Of a stretch of DNA of 32,000 bases, positions 9,289 through 18,125 are shown one piece after another. Position numbers and translations under genes: made by a program. A model generated the notes under the pieces. The model saw only the letters and a list, made by a program, of their open reading frames with translations, ran no database searches and was not told the origin of the DNA. The DNA is from Caldimicrobium thiodismutans (GTDB lineage: Bacteria > Desulfobacterota > Thermodesulfobacteria > Thermodesulfobacteriales > Thermodesulfobacteriaceae). Position 1 is the stretch's first letter. Each line of letters opens with the position of its first letter. The stretch lies in contig NZ_AP014945.1 of the NCBI RefSeq assembly GCF_001548275.1, positions 1,350,001 to 1,382,000 of the forward strand. Reading direction: 5' to 3'.

Positions 9289-10830
9289 TTAGAGGAAATT
9301 TTTGAGATATTTTTGAATTCTATAGTTAAGTTGTCTGCGGGTTATCCCGAGTTCTTTAGCAGCCTTACTTTGATTAAAATTGCAGGCCTTTAGCACTGCT
9401 ATTATTCTTTCTCTTTCCAGCTCCTCAAGCTCGCATAAGAGCCCGCCTTTTTTAGATGGGTTGATTCTGGTTTGTCCTTCTATAGGAAGGGTCTTCATAG
9501 AGGAATCCTTAAGTTTTAAAACCCTATCTACATCCTCTACATCTATCCAGTCCTTTTCCGAAAGGAGAATGAGCCTTTCCAGTAGATTTTCAAGTTCCCT
9601 TACATTTCCAGGAAAGGGATAATTTAGGAGTCTTTCAACTGCTTCAGGATGGACCCTCAGGTTTTTTTCATAGAGTTGGTTGAATTTTTTGAGAAAGTGG
9701 TCAATTAATAAGGGGATGTCTTCAGGTCTTTCTCTGAGTGGGGGGATAAAAAGAGGAACCACATTAAGACGCCAGTAAAGATCTTCTCTGAACTCCCCCT
9801 CTTTAACCATTTCTTCAAGATTTCTGTGGGTAGCGGCAATAATACGGACATCTACTTTAATACTTTTGGTGCCTCCCAATCTTTCAAAACTCTGTTCCTG
9901 TAATACCCTTAAGATTTTGGCCTGTAAAGAGAGGGGAAGATCCCCGATTTCATCAAGAAAGATGGTGCCCCCATCGGCAAGCTCAAATTTTCCCTTTTTG
10001 GAGGTAAAGGCCCCGGTAAAGGCTCCTTTTTCATACCCGAAGAGTTCAGCCTCAAGAAGGGTTTCAGGAATAGCTGCGCAATTAATGGCTACAAAGGGAT
10101 TTTTAGCCCGCGGAGAAGAAAAATGAATGGCCTTAGCCAGTAATTCTTTCCCGGTTCCAGACTCTCCTCTTAAGAGGATAGTAGCTTTTGTGCCAGCTAC
10201 CTTTAGAGCGGACTTTAAAATCTCCTTCATCACAGAGCTTCCATAGATTATATTTTGAAAGGCATAGCGGTCTTTTAACTCGTGTTCAAGCTCCTCTCTT
10301 CTTGATCTTTCTTCATAAAAGGCTTGATAAAGCTTTAAGACCTGAGCAATTAAAGTAGCAACAATTTCAAGAACTCTCAGGTCTTCTTCAAAGGAGATAC
10401 TTTCATCAAAGATGCGATCAACAGAGAGAACCCCTAAGACTTCTTGTTTAAATTTTATGGGGACACATAAAAAGGAGATGTTATCTTTTTCAATGCGGGC
10501 CCCTGTGCGATTAAGAAAAAGGGGTTCCTTCCCTATGTCAGGGACTACCATTGGCTCTCCAATCTCAACCACTTTACCTACAATGCCTTCTCCAATCTTG
10601 TATCTTCCTTTGGCAATCTGTTCTGGCGTTAATCCATAAGCAACCTCAATCCTAAGCTCACCGGTTTTCAGGTCAAGGAGAGTAATGGTGCCTCTACGCA
10701 AATCAAGGTAGTCCGAGAGGAGTTTCATGGCTTGATAGAGATTTTTCTTAATTTCAAAGGAAGAACTTAAAACCTTACTTACCTCAAAAAGGGCAAGAAG
10801 TTCTGCATTTTTTCTTTCTAAAATTCGCAT
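9289..10830 (-). CDS. Sigma-54-dependent transcriptional activator, GAF-AAA+-HTH (NifA-like architecture, no receiver domain)
   Basis: N-terminal GAF-like region, Walker A GESGTGKE, the GAFTGA loop (EKGAFTGAF), GNVRELEN and a C-terminal Fis-type HTH (AAKELGITRRQLNYRIQKY). Confidence 0.9.
   Translation of the reverse strand: MRILERKNAELLALFEVSKVLSSSFEIKKNLYQAMKLLSDYLDLRRGTITLLDLKTGELRIEVAYGLTPEQIAKGRYKIGEGIVGKVVEIGEPMVVPDIGKEPLFLNRTGARIEKDNISFLCVPIKFKQEVLGVLSVDRIFDESISFEEDLRVLEIVATLIAQVLKLYQAFYEERSRREELEHELKDRYAFQNIIYGSSVMKEILKSALKVAGTKATILLRGESGTGKELLAKAIHFSSPRAKNPFVAINCAAIPETLLEAELFGYEKGAFTGAFTSKKGKFELADGGTIFLDEIGDLPLSLQAKILRVLQEQSFERLGGTKSIKVDVRIIAATHRNLEEMVKEGEFREDLYWRLNVVPLFIPPLRERPEDIPLLIDHFLKKFNQLYEKNLRVHPEAVERLLNYPFPGNVRELENLLERLILLSEKDWIDVEDVDRVLKLKDSSMKTLPIEGQTRINPSKKGGLLCELEELERERIIAVLKACNFNQSKAAKELGITRRQLNYRIQKYLKNFL
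9935..10053 (-). repeat. 119-bp tract 98 percent identical, in inverted orientation, to 13151-13269
   Basis: By-eye alignment of the reverse complement of 9935-10053 with 13151-13269 gives 117/119 matches. The flanking codons of the same conserved protein block differ at many synonymous sites. Confidence 0.9.
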
Positions 10831-10957
10831 GTCTAAAGATTAACACTTTTACAAAAATGTGCAATGATTTTTGAAATTCACAAAAATGTTTATTTAGTGT
10901 TTAGGAGTAACCTTATTTTGTTAGTCTTCCTGTATCTTCAGAGGGGTTAAGACTGAG

Positions 10958-10973
10958 TGGCATGATTTTTGCT
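10958..10973 (+). promoter_or_regulatory. Sigma-54 (-24/-12) promoter of glnA
   Basis: TGGCAT-GATTT-TTGCT matches TGGCAC-N5-TTGCW with correct GG/GC spacing, 40 nt upstream of the glnA ATG. Sigma-54 activator genes lie on both sides. Confidence 0.85.
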
Positions 10974-11012
10974 TGGATAAAACAAGTAAAAAATTATTAA
11001 GGGGGTATAGGT

Positions 11013-12347
11013 ATGATGGAAAAGCCAAGAGATGCTAAGGATGTGATGGAGCTTTGTAAAAAGTATGATGTCCGATTTATCAGGCTTTGGTTTGTGGACA
11101 TTCTTGGTCAGTTAAAAAGCTTTGCCATTCATGTGGATGAGCTTGAAGGGGCTTTTGAAGAGGGTATGGGTTTTGATGGTTCTTCTATTAAGGGTTTTGC
11201 AAGGATTGATGAGTCCGATATGGTAGCAGTTCCTGATCCTTCTACTTTTACTCTTCTTCCCTGGAGGCCAAAGGAAAAGGCTGTTGCCAGAATGTTTTGT
11301 GACATCCTCAATCCCGATGGGACTCCTTATCAAGGGGATCCCAGGTATGCCCTGAAAAGGGCCCTTGAGAAAATGAAAAAAATGGGGTTTACCCATTTTT
11401 ATCTTGGGCCTGAGCTTGAGTTCTTCTACTTTAAGTCTGATAGGTGCCCTGAGATCTTAGATGAAGGTGGCTACTTTGATTACCCTATGGATGCAGCCGA
11501 AGATTTAAGAAGGGACACTATTCTTGCCCTTGAATCCATGGGGATAAGAGTTGAATATTCCCATCATGAGGTTGCTCCCTCTCAGCATGAGATAGACTTG
11601 AGATTTGCCGATGCCCTTGAGATGGCAGATATTGTTATGACCTATAAGGTAACCGTTAAAGAGATTGCCAGAAAATATGGACTTCATGCCACCTTTATGC
11701 CCAAACCCATCTTTGGTGAGAATGGAAGTGGTATGCATACCCATCAGAGTCTATTTATCGGTGACAAAAACGCCTTCTTTGATCCCAATGACAAGTATCA
11801 TCTTTCTGAAACAGCGAAACAATATACAGCAGGCCTTTTAAAACATATTAAAGAGATTACCCTTGTTTTAAATCAATGGATTAATTCTTACAAAAGACTT
11901 GTGCCTGGTTATGAGGCTCCAGTTTATATTTGCTGGGCAAGAAGAAATCGCTCTGCCCTTATCAGGGTTCCCATGTATAAACCTGGAAAAGAGAAGGCAA
12001 CCCGTATTGAATTGAGATCCCCTGATCCTGCCTGCAATCCCTATCTTGCCTTCGCAACCATGCTTACAGCTGGTCTAAAGGGCATTGAAAATAAATATCA
12101 ACTTCCTGAGCCTGTTGAAAGGGATGTCTATCATATGGATCCTGAGGAAAGAAAAGCGCTAAGTATAGAAGAGCTTCCTGGAAGTTTGATTGAGGCTATT
12201 GAATATGCGGAAAAAAGTGAAGTCCTCAGAGAGGCCCTGGGAGATCACATTTTTAATCAGCTTATAACCAGCAAGAAAATGGAATGGGATGATTATAGAA
12301 TTAGAGTTACCGAATACGAAATTGCAAAATATTTACCTATTCTCTAA
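11013..12347 (+). CDS. glnA: Glutamine synthetase, type I (444 aa, GSI-alpha-like length)
   Basis: Motifs FDGSSI, NGSGMHTHQS and SALIRVP...RIELRSPD, with overall GS-I layout. GGGGG RBS upstream. Confidence 0.96.
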   Translation: MMEKPRDAKDVMELCKKYDVRFIRLWFVDILGQLKSFAIHVDELEGAFEEGMGFDGSSIKGFARIDESDMVAVPDPSTFTLLPWRPKEKAVARMFCDILNPDGTPYQGDPRYALKRALEKMKKMGFTHFYLGPELEFFYFKSDRCPEILDEGGYFDYPMDAAEDLRRDTILALESMGIRVEYSHHEVAPSQHEIDLRFADALEMADIVMTYKVTVKEIARKYGLHATFMPKPIFGENGSGMHTHQSLFIGDKNAFFDPNDKYHLSETAKQYTAGLLKHIKEITLVLNQWINSYKRLVPGYEAPVYICWARRNRSALIRVPMYKPGKEKATRIELRSPDPACNPYLAFATMLTAGLKGIENKYQLPEPVERDVYHMDPEERKALSIEELPGSLIEAIEYAEKSEVLREALGDHIFNQLITSKKMEWDDYRIRVTEYEIAKYLPIL

Positions 12348-12359
12348 GTAGTAATTAAA

Positions 12360-12386
12360 CCTGCCCCTTTTTTCAGGAGGGGCAGG
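12360..12386 (+). other. GC-rich stem-loop between glnA and the downstream activator gene
   Basis: CCTGCCCCT (12360-12368) pairs with AGGGGCAGG (12378-12386) as a 9-bp perfect stem. No U-tract follows on the plus strand. The 3' arm overlaps the AGGAGG that could serve as the RBS of the 12395 gene. Confidence 0.6.
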
Positions 12387-12394
12387 CTAAAAAT

Positions 12395-13879
12395 ATGTTA
12401 ACTTCAAAAATTGGTGAAGCCTTAGTCAAGGCCCCTTCTTTTGAGTCCGCCTTAAATGAAGTCTTAAAAATACTTTATTCCTATTGGGATGTCCGGCATA
12501 GTTTTATCTCCTTTTTTGATCCTGAGTCTCAGACTTTGAAAATAGTATCTGCCTTTGGCCTTACCAAAGAACAGATCAGAAGAGCTATCTTTAAAAAAGG
12601 CGAAGGAATGGTGGGAAAGGTTTTTAAGAATGAGCTTCCTGTCCTTCTTCAGGATCTTGAAGAAAAGGGCTATCTCAATAAGCTGGGGCTAAAGGATGTT
12701 GTGGAAAGGGGAACGAGTTTTCTTGCAGTGCCTTTAAAAACAGCAGATCAAGTGCTTGGAGTCTTTGGGGTCTTTAAAAAATTCAAAGAAGGGGAGTCAA
12801 AAGAAAAGGCCTTAGAACTTCTTCAGACTTTAGGCACTTTTATTTCCATAACCTATCTAATTAATAAAAAACATTCTCAGGAAAGGGCTTTTTGGGAGGA
12901 GGAAAAGAAACTTCTTACGCAAACCTTATATGAAAATTTTGGACAGGAAGGAATTATTGGCAAATCTCTGGCTATTCAGAATCTCATTAAGCTTGTGAAA
13001 AAGGTAGCCCAAACCACCGCTAATGTATTAATTACTGGTGAGAGTGGAACAGGAAAAAGCTTCATAGCCAAGGCTATTCATTTTTTGAGTCCAAGAAAAA
13101 ACAAACCCTTTGTAGCAGTAAACTGTGCAGCCATTCCAGAAACCCTACTTGAGGCTGAACTCTTCGGGTATGAAAAAGGAGCATTTACCGGGGCCTTTAC
13201 CTCCAAAAAGGGAAAATTTGAGCTTGCCGATGGGGGCACCATCTTTCTTGATGAAATCGGAGATCTTCCACTGGCCTTACAGCCAAAGCTTCTTAAGGTC
13301 CTTCAAGAAAGAGAAATAGAAAAGCTTGGAAGGGAAGAACCCATAAAAGTTGATGTCCGGATTATTGCTGCAACCAACCGTCCTCTTGAGGAGTTAATCA
13401 AAGAGGGCCATTTCAGAGAGGATCTTTATTATAGACTAAATGTAATAACCTTACATCTGCCACCTTTACGGGAAAGGCAAGAGGATATCCCTCTCCTTGC
13501 TGAGTATTTTCTATATAAATTTAACCGAAGATATGAAAAAGAGGTTTTTTTATCTCCAGAGGTTATAGAAATTTTCAAGAAATATCCCTGGCCCGGAAAT
13601 GTGCGAGAGCTTGAAAACCTGATAGAGCGTCTTGTAATTCTCTCAGAGGGAGTGATTCTGCCCACGGATCTTCCTGGTTATATTTTAAAGGGTATTACCT
13701 CTCATGAAAAGGAACCTCCCCTTCCCTCTTTCATAGAGGATAAAGAGAAAGAGGAGATCGTTAAGGCCCTTGAAAAGACAGGTTATGTAAAATCAAGGGC
13801 AGCAAAATTACTTGGTTTAACCTTAAGACAGCTGGATTATCGCATCAAAAAATACAATATCCCTGTAACTCGCTACTAA
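12395..13879 (+). CDS. Sigma-54-dependent transcriptional activator, GAF-AAA+-HTH (paralogue of 9289-10830)
   Basis: GAF-like N-terminus, Walker [23 protein letters not shown] and the [22 protein letters not shown]. Confidence 0.9.
   Translation: MLTSKIGEALVKAPSFESALNEVLKILYSYWDVRHSFISFFDPESQTLKIVSAFGLTKEQIRRAIFKKGEGMVGKVFKNELPVLLQDLEEKGYLNKLGLKDVVERGTSFLAVPLKTADQVLGVFGVFKKFKEGESKEKALELLQTLGTFISITYLINKKHSQERAFWEEEKKLLTQTLYENFGQEGIIGKSLAIQNLIKLVKKVAQTTANVLITGESGTGKSFIAKAIHFLSPRKNKPFVAVNCAAIPETLLEAELFGYEKGAFTGAFTSKKGKFELADGGTIFLDEIGDLPLALQPKLLKVLQEREIEKLGREEPIKVDVRIIAATNRPLEELIKEGHFREDLYYRLNVITLHLPPLRERQEDIPLLAEYFLYKFNRRYEKEVFLSPEVIEIFKKYPWPGNVRELENLIERLVILSEGVILPTDLPGYILKGITSHEKEPPLPSFIEDKEKEEIVKALEKTGYVKSRAAKLLGLTLRQLDYRIKKYNIPVTRY
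13151..13269 (+). repeat. 119-bp tract 98 percent identical to the reverse complement of 9935-10053
   Basis: See the partner repeat. The two mismatches are C/A in GGAGC[C/A]TTT and G/A in ATCGG[G/A]GAT. Confidence 0.9.
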
Positions 13880-13949
13880 ATTTCCCCCCTTTATCAAAAT
13901 TTTTATAATTCCTTTAAAATCCCCCTTTGGATATTAGTTTTTTGCAAAA

Positions 13950-13967
13950 TTGTTAACATGTTAACAA
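13950..13967. promoter_or_regulatory. Perfect 18-bp palindrome containing a NifA-type UAS (TGT-N10-ACA)
   Basis: TTGTTAACATGTTAACAA is its own reverse complement. TGT (13951-13953), 10 nt, then ACA (13964-13966). It lies about 75-90 bp upstream of the candidate -24/-12 element at 14039-14054. Confidence 0.6.
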
Positions 13968-14038
13968 ATAATACAGGGAAAGAAAATGTCCCTTCCTTGC
14001 AAAACCTTAATTTTTAAGGATTTCTTATTTTATAAAAT

Positions 14039-14431
<393 letters not shown>

Positions 14432-14483
14432 AAACTTCTTTTAAAAGTCTTTAAAATCAAAAATCTTAAAAAGGAGGGAGCTT

Positions 14484-15773
14484 ATGTTTAAAAGGGGGAT
14501 ACTGTCTTTGTTGGCACTTCTTCTTACTTTTGGGGAGAGTCTGGCTGAAGAGGCGCAGACTCCAAAACTAAATAGCGGGGATACTGCCTGGATGTTAGTC
14601 TCAACGGCTCTGGTTGTCCTTATGACCATTCCTGGTCTTGCCCTTTTTTATGGAGGGCTCTCCAAAAAAAAGGATGTCCTCAATACTATAGTTATGTCTT
14701 TTATAGCCTATGCTATAGTCTCCTTTCTCTGGGTGCTTTATGGTTATTCTCTTGCCTTTAATGGAGATATAGGAGGGGTAATAGGGTCTTTGTCTAAGTT
14801 TCTACTGCATGGGGTCACTATGGAAAGTCTAAATGGGACCATTCCTGAATATCTTTTTGTAGGGTTTCAACTTACTTTTGCAGCAATTACAGTTGCCTTA
14901 ATTAGTGGATCATACATTGAGAGAATGAAATTTTCTGCCTGGGTGCTTTTTACTATTCTTTGGTTTAGCTTTGTTTATGTGCCTGTTGCACATTGGGTCT
15001 GGGGTGGAGGGTTTCTGGCCAAGCTATCTGCCCTTGATTTTGCAGGAGGAACTGTAGTGCACATAAATGCTGGTATAGCTGGTCTTGTAGGAGCGCTCTT
15101 CCTTGGAAAAAGAAAGGATCCTATCTTAAAACCGCATAATCTTACATTGGTAGCTATTGGCACAGGGCTTCTTTGGTTTGGCTGGTTTGGATTTAATGCC
15201 GGATCAGCAGTTGCATCAAATGCTCTTGCAGCCATAGCTTTACTTAATACTAATACCGCAACCGCTCTTGCAGCCATAACCTGGATGTTAACAGAAAAGA
15301 TCTTTACAAGAAAAGCTACTTTACTTGGCTTTTGCTCTGGAGCAGTAGCCGGGCTTGTAGCTATAACCCCAGCAGCAGGTTTTGTAAATCTACTTGGGGC
15401 TATCATTATTGGAATTTTGGCAGGTTTCCTACCTTACTTTGCAGTGGCCAAAATTAAGCCAGCCCTGGGTTATGATGATGCCTTGGATGTCTTTGGAATT
15501 CATGGAATTGCAGGAATTCTTGGAGCTCTACTTACTGGTCTTCTGGCAGATCCCTCTGTTAATTCTGCAGGTAAAGGTCTTCTTTATGGAAATCCCTCTC
15601 AATTATGGATACAGGCTCTCTCTGTGTTCGTGGTTTTGATCTATGATCTTATTGCGACAGGTATAATCCTTCTTGTAATAAAGGTTATAACAGGTCTTAG
15701 AGTCTCAGAAGAAGAGGAACTTTCAGGACTTGATCTTTCTCAGCATGGAGAAAGGGCCTATGAATTTGAATAA
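14484..15773 (+). CDS. amtB: Ammonium transporter (Amt family) with signal peptide
   Basis: Signature [13 protein letters not shown], about 11 TM helices and the twin-His region (GIHGIAG). AGGAGGG RBS. Confidence 0.96.
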   Translation: MFKRGILSLLALLLTFGESLAEEAQTPKLNSGDTAWMLVSTALVVLMTIPGLALFYGGLSKKKDVLNTIVMSFIAYAIVSFLWVLYGYSLAFNGDIGGVIGSLSKFLLHGVTMESLNGTIPEYLFVGFQLTFAAITVALISGSYIERMKFSAWVLFTILWFSFVYVPVAHWVWGGGFLAKLSALDFAGGTVVHINAGIAGLVGALFLGKRKDPILKPHNLTLVAIGTGLLWFGWFGFNAGSAVASNALAAIALLNTNTATALAAITWMLTEKIFTRKATLLGFCSGAVAGLVAITPAAGFVNLLGAIIIGILAGFLPYFAVAKIKPALGYDDALDVFGIHGIAGILGALLTGLLADPSVNSAGKGLLYGNPSQLWIQALSVFVVLIYDLIATGIILLVIKVITGLRVSEEEELSGLDLSQHGERAYEFE

Positions 15774-15842
15774 AACCAACCTGCCCCTTCTGCAGGCAAA
15801 AAACTTCAGGCAAAAAAACAACTTACTATGGGAGGTGTGACT

Positions 15843-16949
15843 ATGAAAACTAAAGTGTTCCTTTTAGGAATCTCTTTCCTTGCTTTAACCAGTATGGCGG
15901 AGGCTTTTGAGCTTAAAACAGAAAAAATGGGAAAGCTTGAGGTTAATGGTGCCTTAAGTGGCTATTTACTTAGTGGAAAACGAATTGAGGAGAATGCCAA
16001 GGAGACAAGGATAGATATAGCCTCTACCCTTATAAGCGTAAGCAAAAAGGCAACTCCTTTAGGTTTTACTCTTATGGGAGGAGCCTTTGCTACTCCAGTT
16101 ATTGGGCTTGATACCTATAAAACCTCAGATAATGTAGATCTTTTTAGTCCTTTGCCTTTAGCCTTTTTAGAGGTTAGTCCTTCCGAGGGTCTAAGTATTT
16201 CAGCTGGAAGAATGGGAACCATCATTGGCTATGAGTCTCCCTTTACCTTTCAGAATAATTATCTTCAGAGAGGACTTGTCTGGAACATGCAACCCCTCTT
16301 TACCCATGGAATAAGGCTCTCTTATAACTGGAAGCTTCTTTCCGCCAAAATTGGAATTAATGATGCCTATTATTCCTTGGGAGTTGATTCCAATACCCCG
16401 AGTGGATGGAAAAGAAAATTAGCCTATGCCCTTGAAGGTTCTCTTGGAATTACCCCTGTAAAGGATTTCTCCCTTTCTTTCAATTTTCTTATACCTGAAA
16501 AGGATGCAAGGCCAAATGAGGCAGCTAACCCTGCCAATAAGCAACAATATAATCTTATTATGAGTTATACCTTAGGAAACTTTACTTTGGCAGGAGATCT
16601 TCTCTATGTGTATGCCCCAGATTCTCAGAAGGCACAGGTTCCTTACTCTGCTAAGGCTTATGGGGGTGCTTTACACTTTTCCTACGATTATGCACCCTTC
16701 AAATTGGCTTTAAGAGCTGAATATGTAAAAGATAAAAAGGATAAAGGTGGTATTGATCTTGTGGGACTTGGTGAGAATAACAGGGGTTATACTTTGACCT
16801 TTACTCCTGGATATTACAAGGATCCCTTTTTTATAAGGGCTGAAATAAGTTATGTTAAGGCTAAAGAGGATTTTGCAGATATAAAGGGTGGAAATCCAAC
16901 CAGGGATTCTCAAACCAGAGTTGGATTTGAAGTAGGATTAAAATTTTAA
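15843..16949 (+). CDS. Putative outer-membrane beta-barrel porin co-located with PII-amtB
   Basis: GGAGGTG at 15831-15837 precedes the ATG at 15843. Signal peptide MKTKVFLLGISFLALTSMAEA-FE, alternating amphipathic beta-strand pattern rich in Tyr/Gly, and a C-terminal ...GFEVGLKF ending in Phe, as in OMP sorting signals. Confidence 0.6.
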   Translation: MKTKVFLLGISFLALTSMAEAFELKTEKMGKLEVNGALSGYLLSGKRIEENAKETRIDIASTLISVSKKATPLGFTLMGGAFATPVIGLDTYKTSDNVDLFSPLPLAFLEVSPSEGLSISAGRMGTIIGYESPFTFQNNYLQRGLVWNMQPLFTHGIRLSYNWKLLSAKIGINDAYYSLGVDSNTPSGWKRKLAYALEGSLGITPVKDFSLSFNFLIPEKDARPNEAANPANKQQYNLIMSYTLGNFTLAGDLLYVYAPDSQKAQVPYSAKAYGGALHFSYDYAPFKLALRAEYVKDKKDKGGIDLVGLGENNRGYTLTFTPGYYKDPFFIRAEISYVKAKEDFADIKGGNPTRDSQTRVGFEVGLKF

Positions 16950-16969
16950 AATTTGCAGGGAGGTAGCCC

Positions 16970-17689
16970 ATGCAACTTTCAGGCCCTGGATTTATTAAAC
17001 TTTTAGATGATCTTTATCAGATTAAACCTGGGAAGAATTCAAGCCATTGCTACCTTATCCTTGCTGAAAAAACTGTGCTTATTGATACAGGAACTAATAA
17101 AGATTACCCCCTCCTTAAAGAAGCTCTTGAGAGCATAGGGCTACCTCCCCATGAGGTAGATATTGTCATTAATACTCATGAACACTTTGATCACATCGGG
17201 GGGAATATTTATTTTCAAAACAATGGTAGAACATTAATTTTATCACACAGAATGGCTGCTGTAAAAATAATCTATGGTGATGATGAGGTTACCATGTGTC
17301 GGGTTAATGATCAACCTGTTATAGGTTATAAGGTTAATTTATGGCTTAACCACATGGATGTTTTAGATTTGGGAAGTTGGTTTTTAAAAATCCTTCATAC
17401 CCCTGGGCATACCTCTGGATCCATCTGCCTTTATGAACCAAGAAAAAAGGTTTTATTTTCAGGAGACACCCTCTTTGCCAGGGGCACTCCTGCTAATATT
17501 TATAATTCTGGAAGCCTTGCAGAATATTTTAATTCTTTAAGAAGACTTAAGACCCTTAAAATTGATATACTTCTTCCAGGGCATGGAAAGATTTCTACCG
17601 CAGCAGAGGAAGATATAAAATCTGCTATAGAAAATACCCTTTTTAGATTCCCTGAAGCAGGAAAACTTTGGGAGACCATCATGTTCTGA
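16970..17689 (+). CDS. MBL-fold metallo-hydrolase
   Basis: HxHxDH motif (THEHFDHIGG), a downstream HTPGHT and a GD...LPGHG pattern. GGGAGG RBS 20 nt after the porin stop. Confidence 0.85.
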   Translation: MQLSGPGFIKLLDDLYQIKPGKNSSHCYLILAEKTVLIDTGTNKDYPLLKEALESIGLPPHEVDIVINTHEHFDHIGGNIYFQNNGRTLILSHRMAAVKIIYGDDEVTMCRVNDQPVIGYKVNLWLNHMDVLDLGSWFLKILHTPGHTSGSICLYEPRKKVLFSGDTLFARGTPANIYNSGSLAEYFNSLRRLKTLKIDILLPGHGKISTAAEEDIKSAIENTLFRFPEAGKLWETIMF

Positions 17690-17768
17690 GGTTAGCTTTG
17701 CAAATTTGTTCATTTTAACAATTATGCCCCTGCATAAATTCACATTTTTACAGGAAAAAGGGTGGTAA

Positions 17769-18098
17769 AAAGAAAACTTCTCATTAAGTCTCAAAAAAAT
17801 ATGGACACAAACATTTGCTTATGCGTATAAGACAAAGAATAGTCGGTTAGCCTTGGATTTTTTGAAGAAGTTTCAGGAGGTATGTCCATTTAAGATAAGG
17901 GGGGTAAAAACAGATAATGGGAGTGAGTTTTTAGGGGAGTTTGATAGGTATTTAAAGGAAGAGGGGATAAGGCATTATTTTAATTATCCGAGGTTTCCGA
18001 AGGGGAACGGGTATGTGGAGAGATTTAATTTGTGTTACGCCCTAAGAAAAAATCCTATAGAGTCTCAAAAGATATGGGCGCATACAGAATCTTGCTAA
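17769..18098 (+). pseudogene. Decayed fragment of a DDE (rve-type) transposase/integrase
   Basis: The frame is open from 17769. It encodes ...KIRGVKTDNGSEFLGEFDRYLKEEGIRHYFNYPRFPKGNGYVERFN, the C-terminal part of an integrase core (TDNGxEF ... P-x-x-NG-x-VERFN). The N-terminal catalytic Asp region and normal C-terminus are missing. I saw no proper start and no terminal inverted repeats. Confidence 0.7.
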
Positions 18099-18125
18099 AA
18101 AGCATTTAAACTTTAAAATTTAATT

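Noticed and set aside
13937-13955. Sigma-54-like TTGG...TTGC element (TTGGATATTAGTTTTTTGCA) upstream of the PII gene.
   Set aside because: The distance from the GG to the GC is 14 nt instead of 11, which is incompatible with -24/-12 recognition. The element at 14039-14054 has the correct register.
13958-14017. 19-codon ORF (MLTNNTGKENVPSLQNLNF) in the PII upstream region, considered as a possible leader peptide.
   Set aside because: It has no Shine-Dalgarno sequence, its ATG lies inside the UAS palindrome, and it has no compositional or regulatory-codon feature suggesting attenuation.
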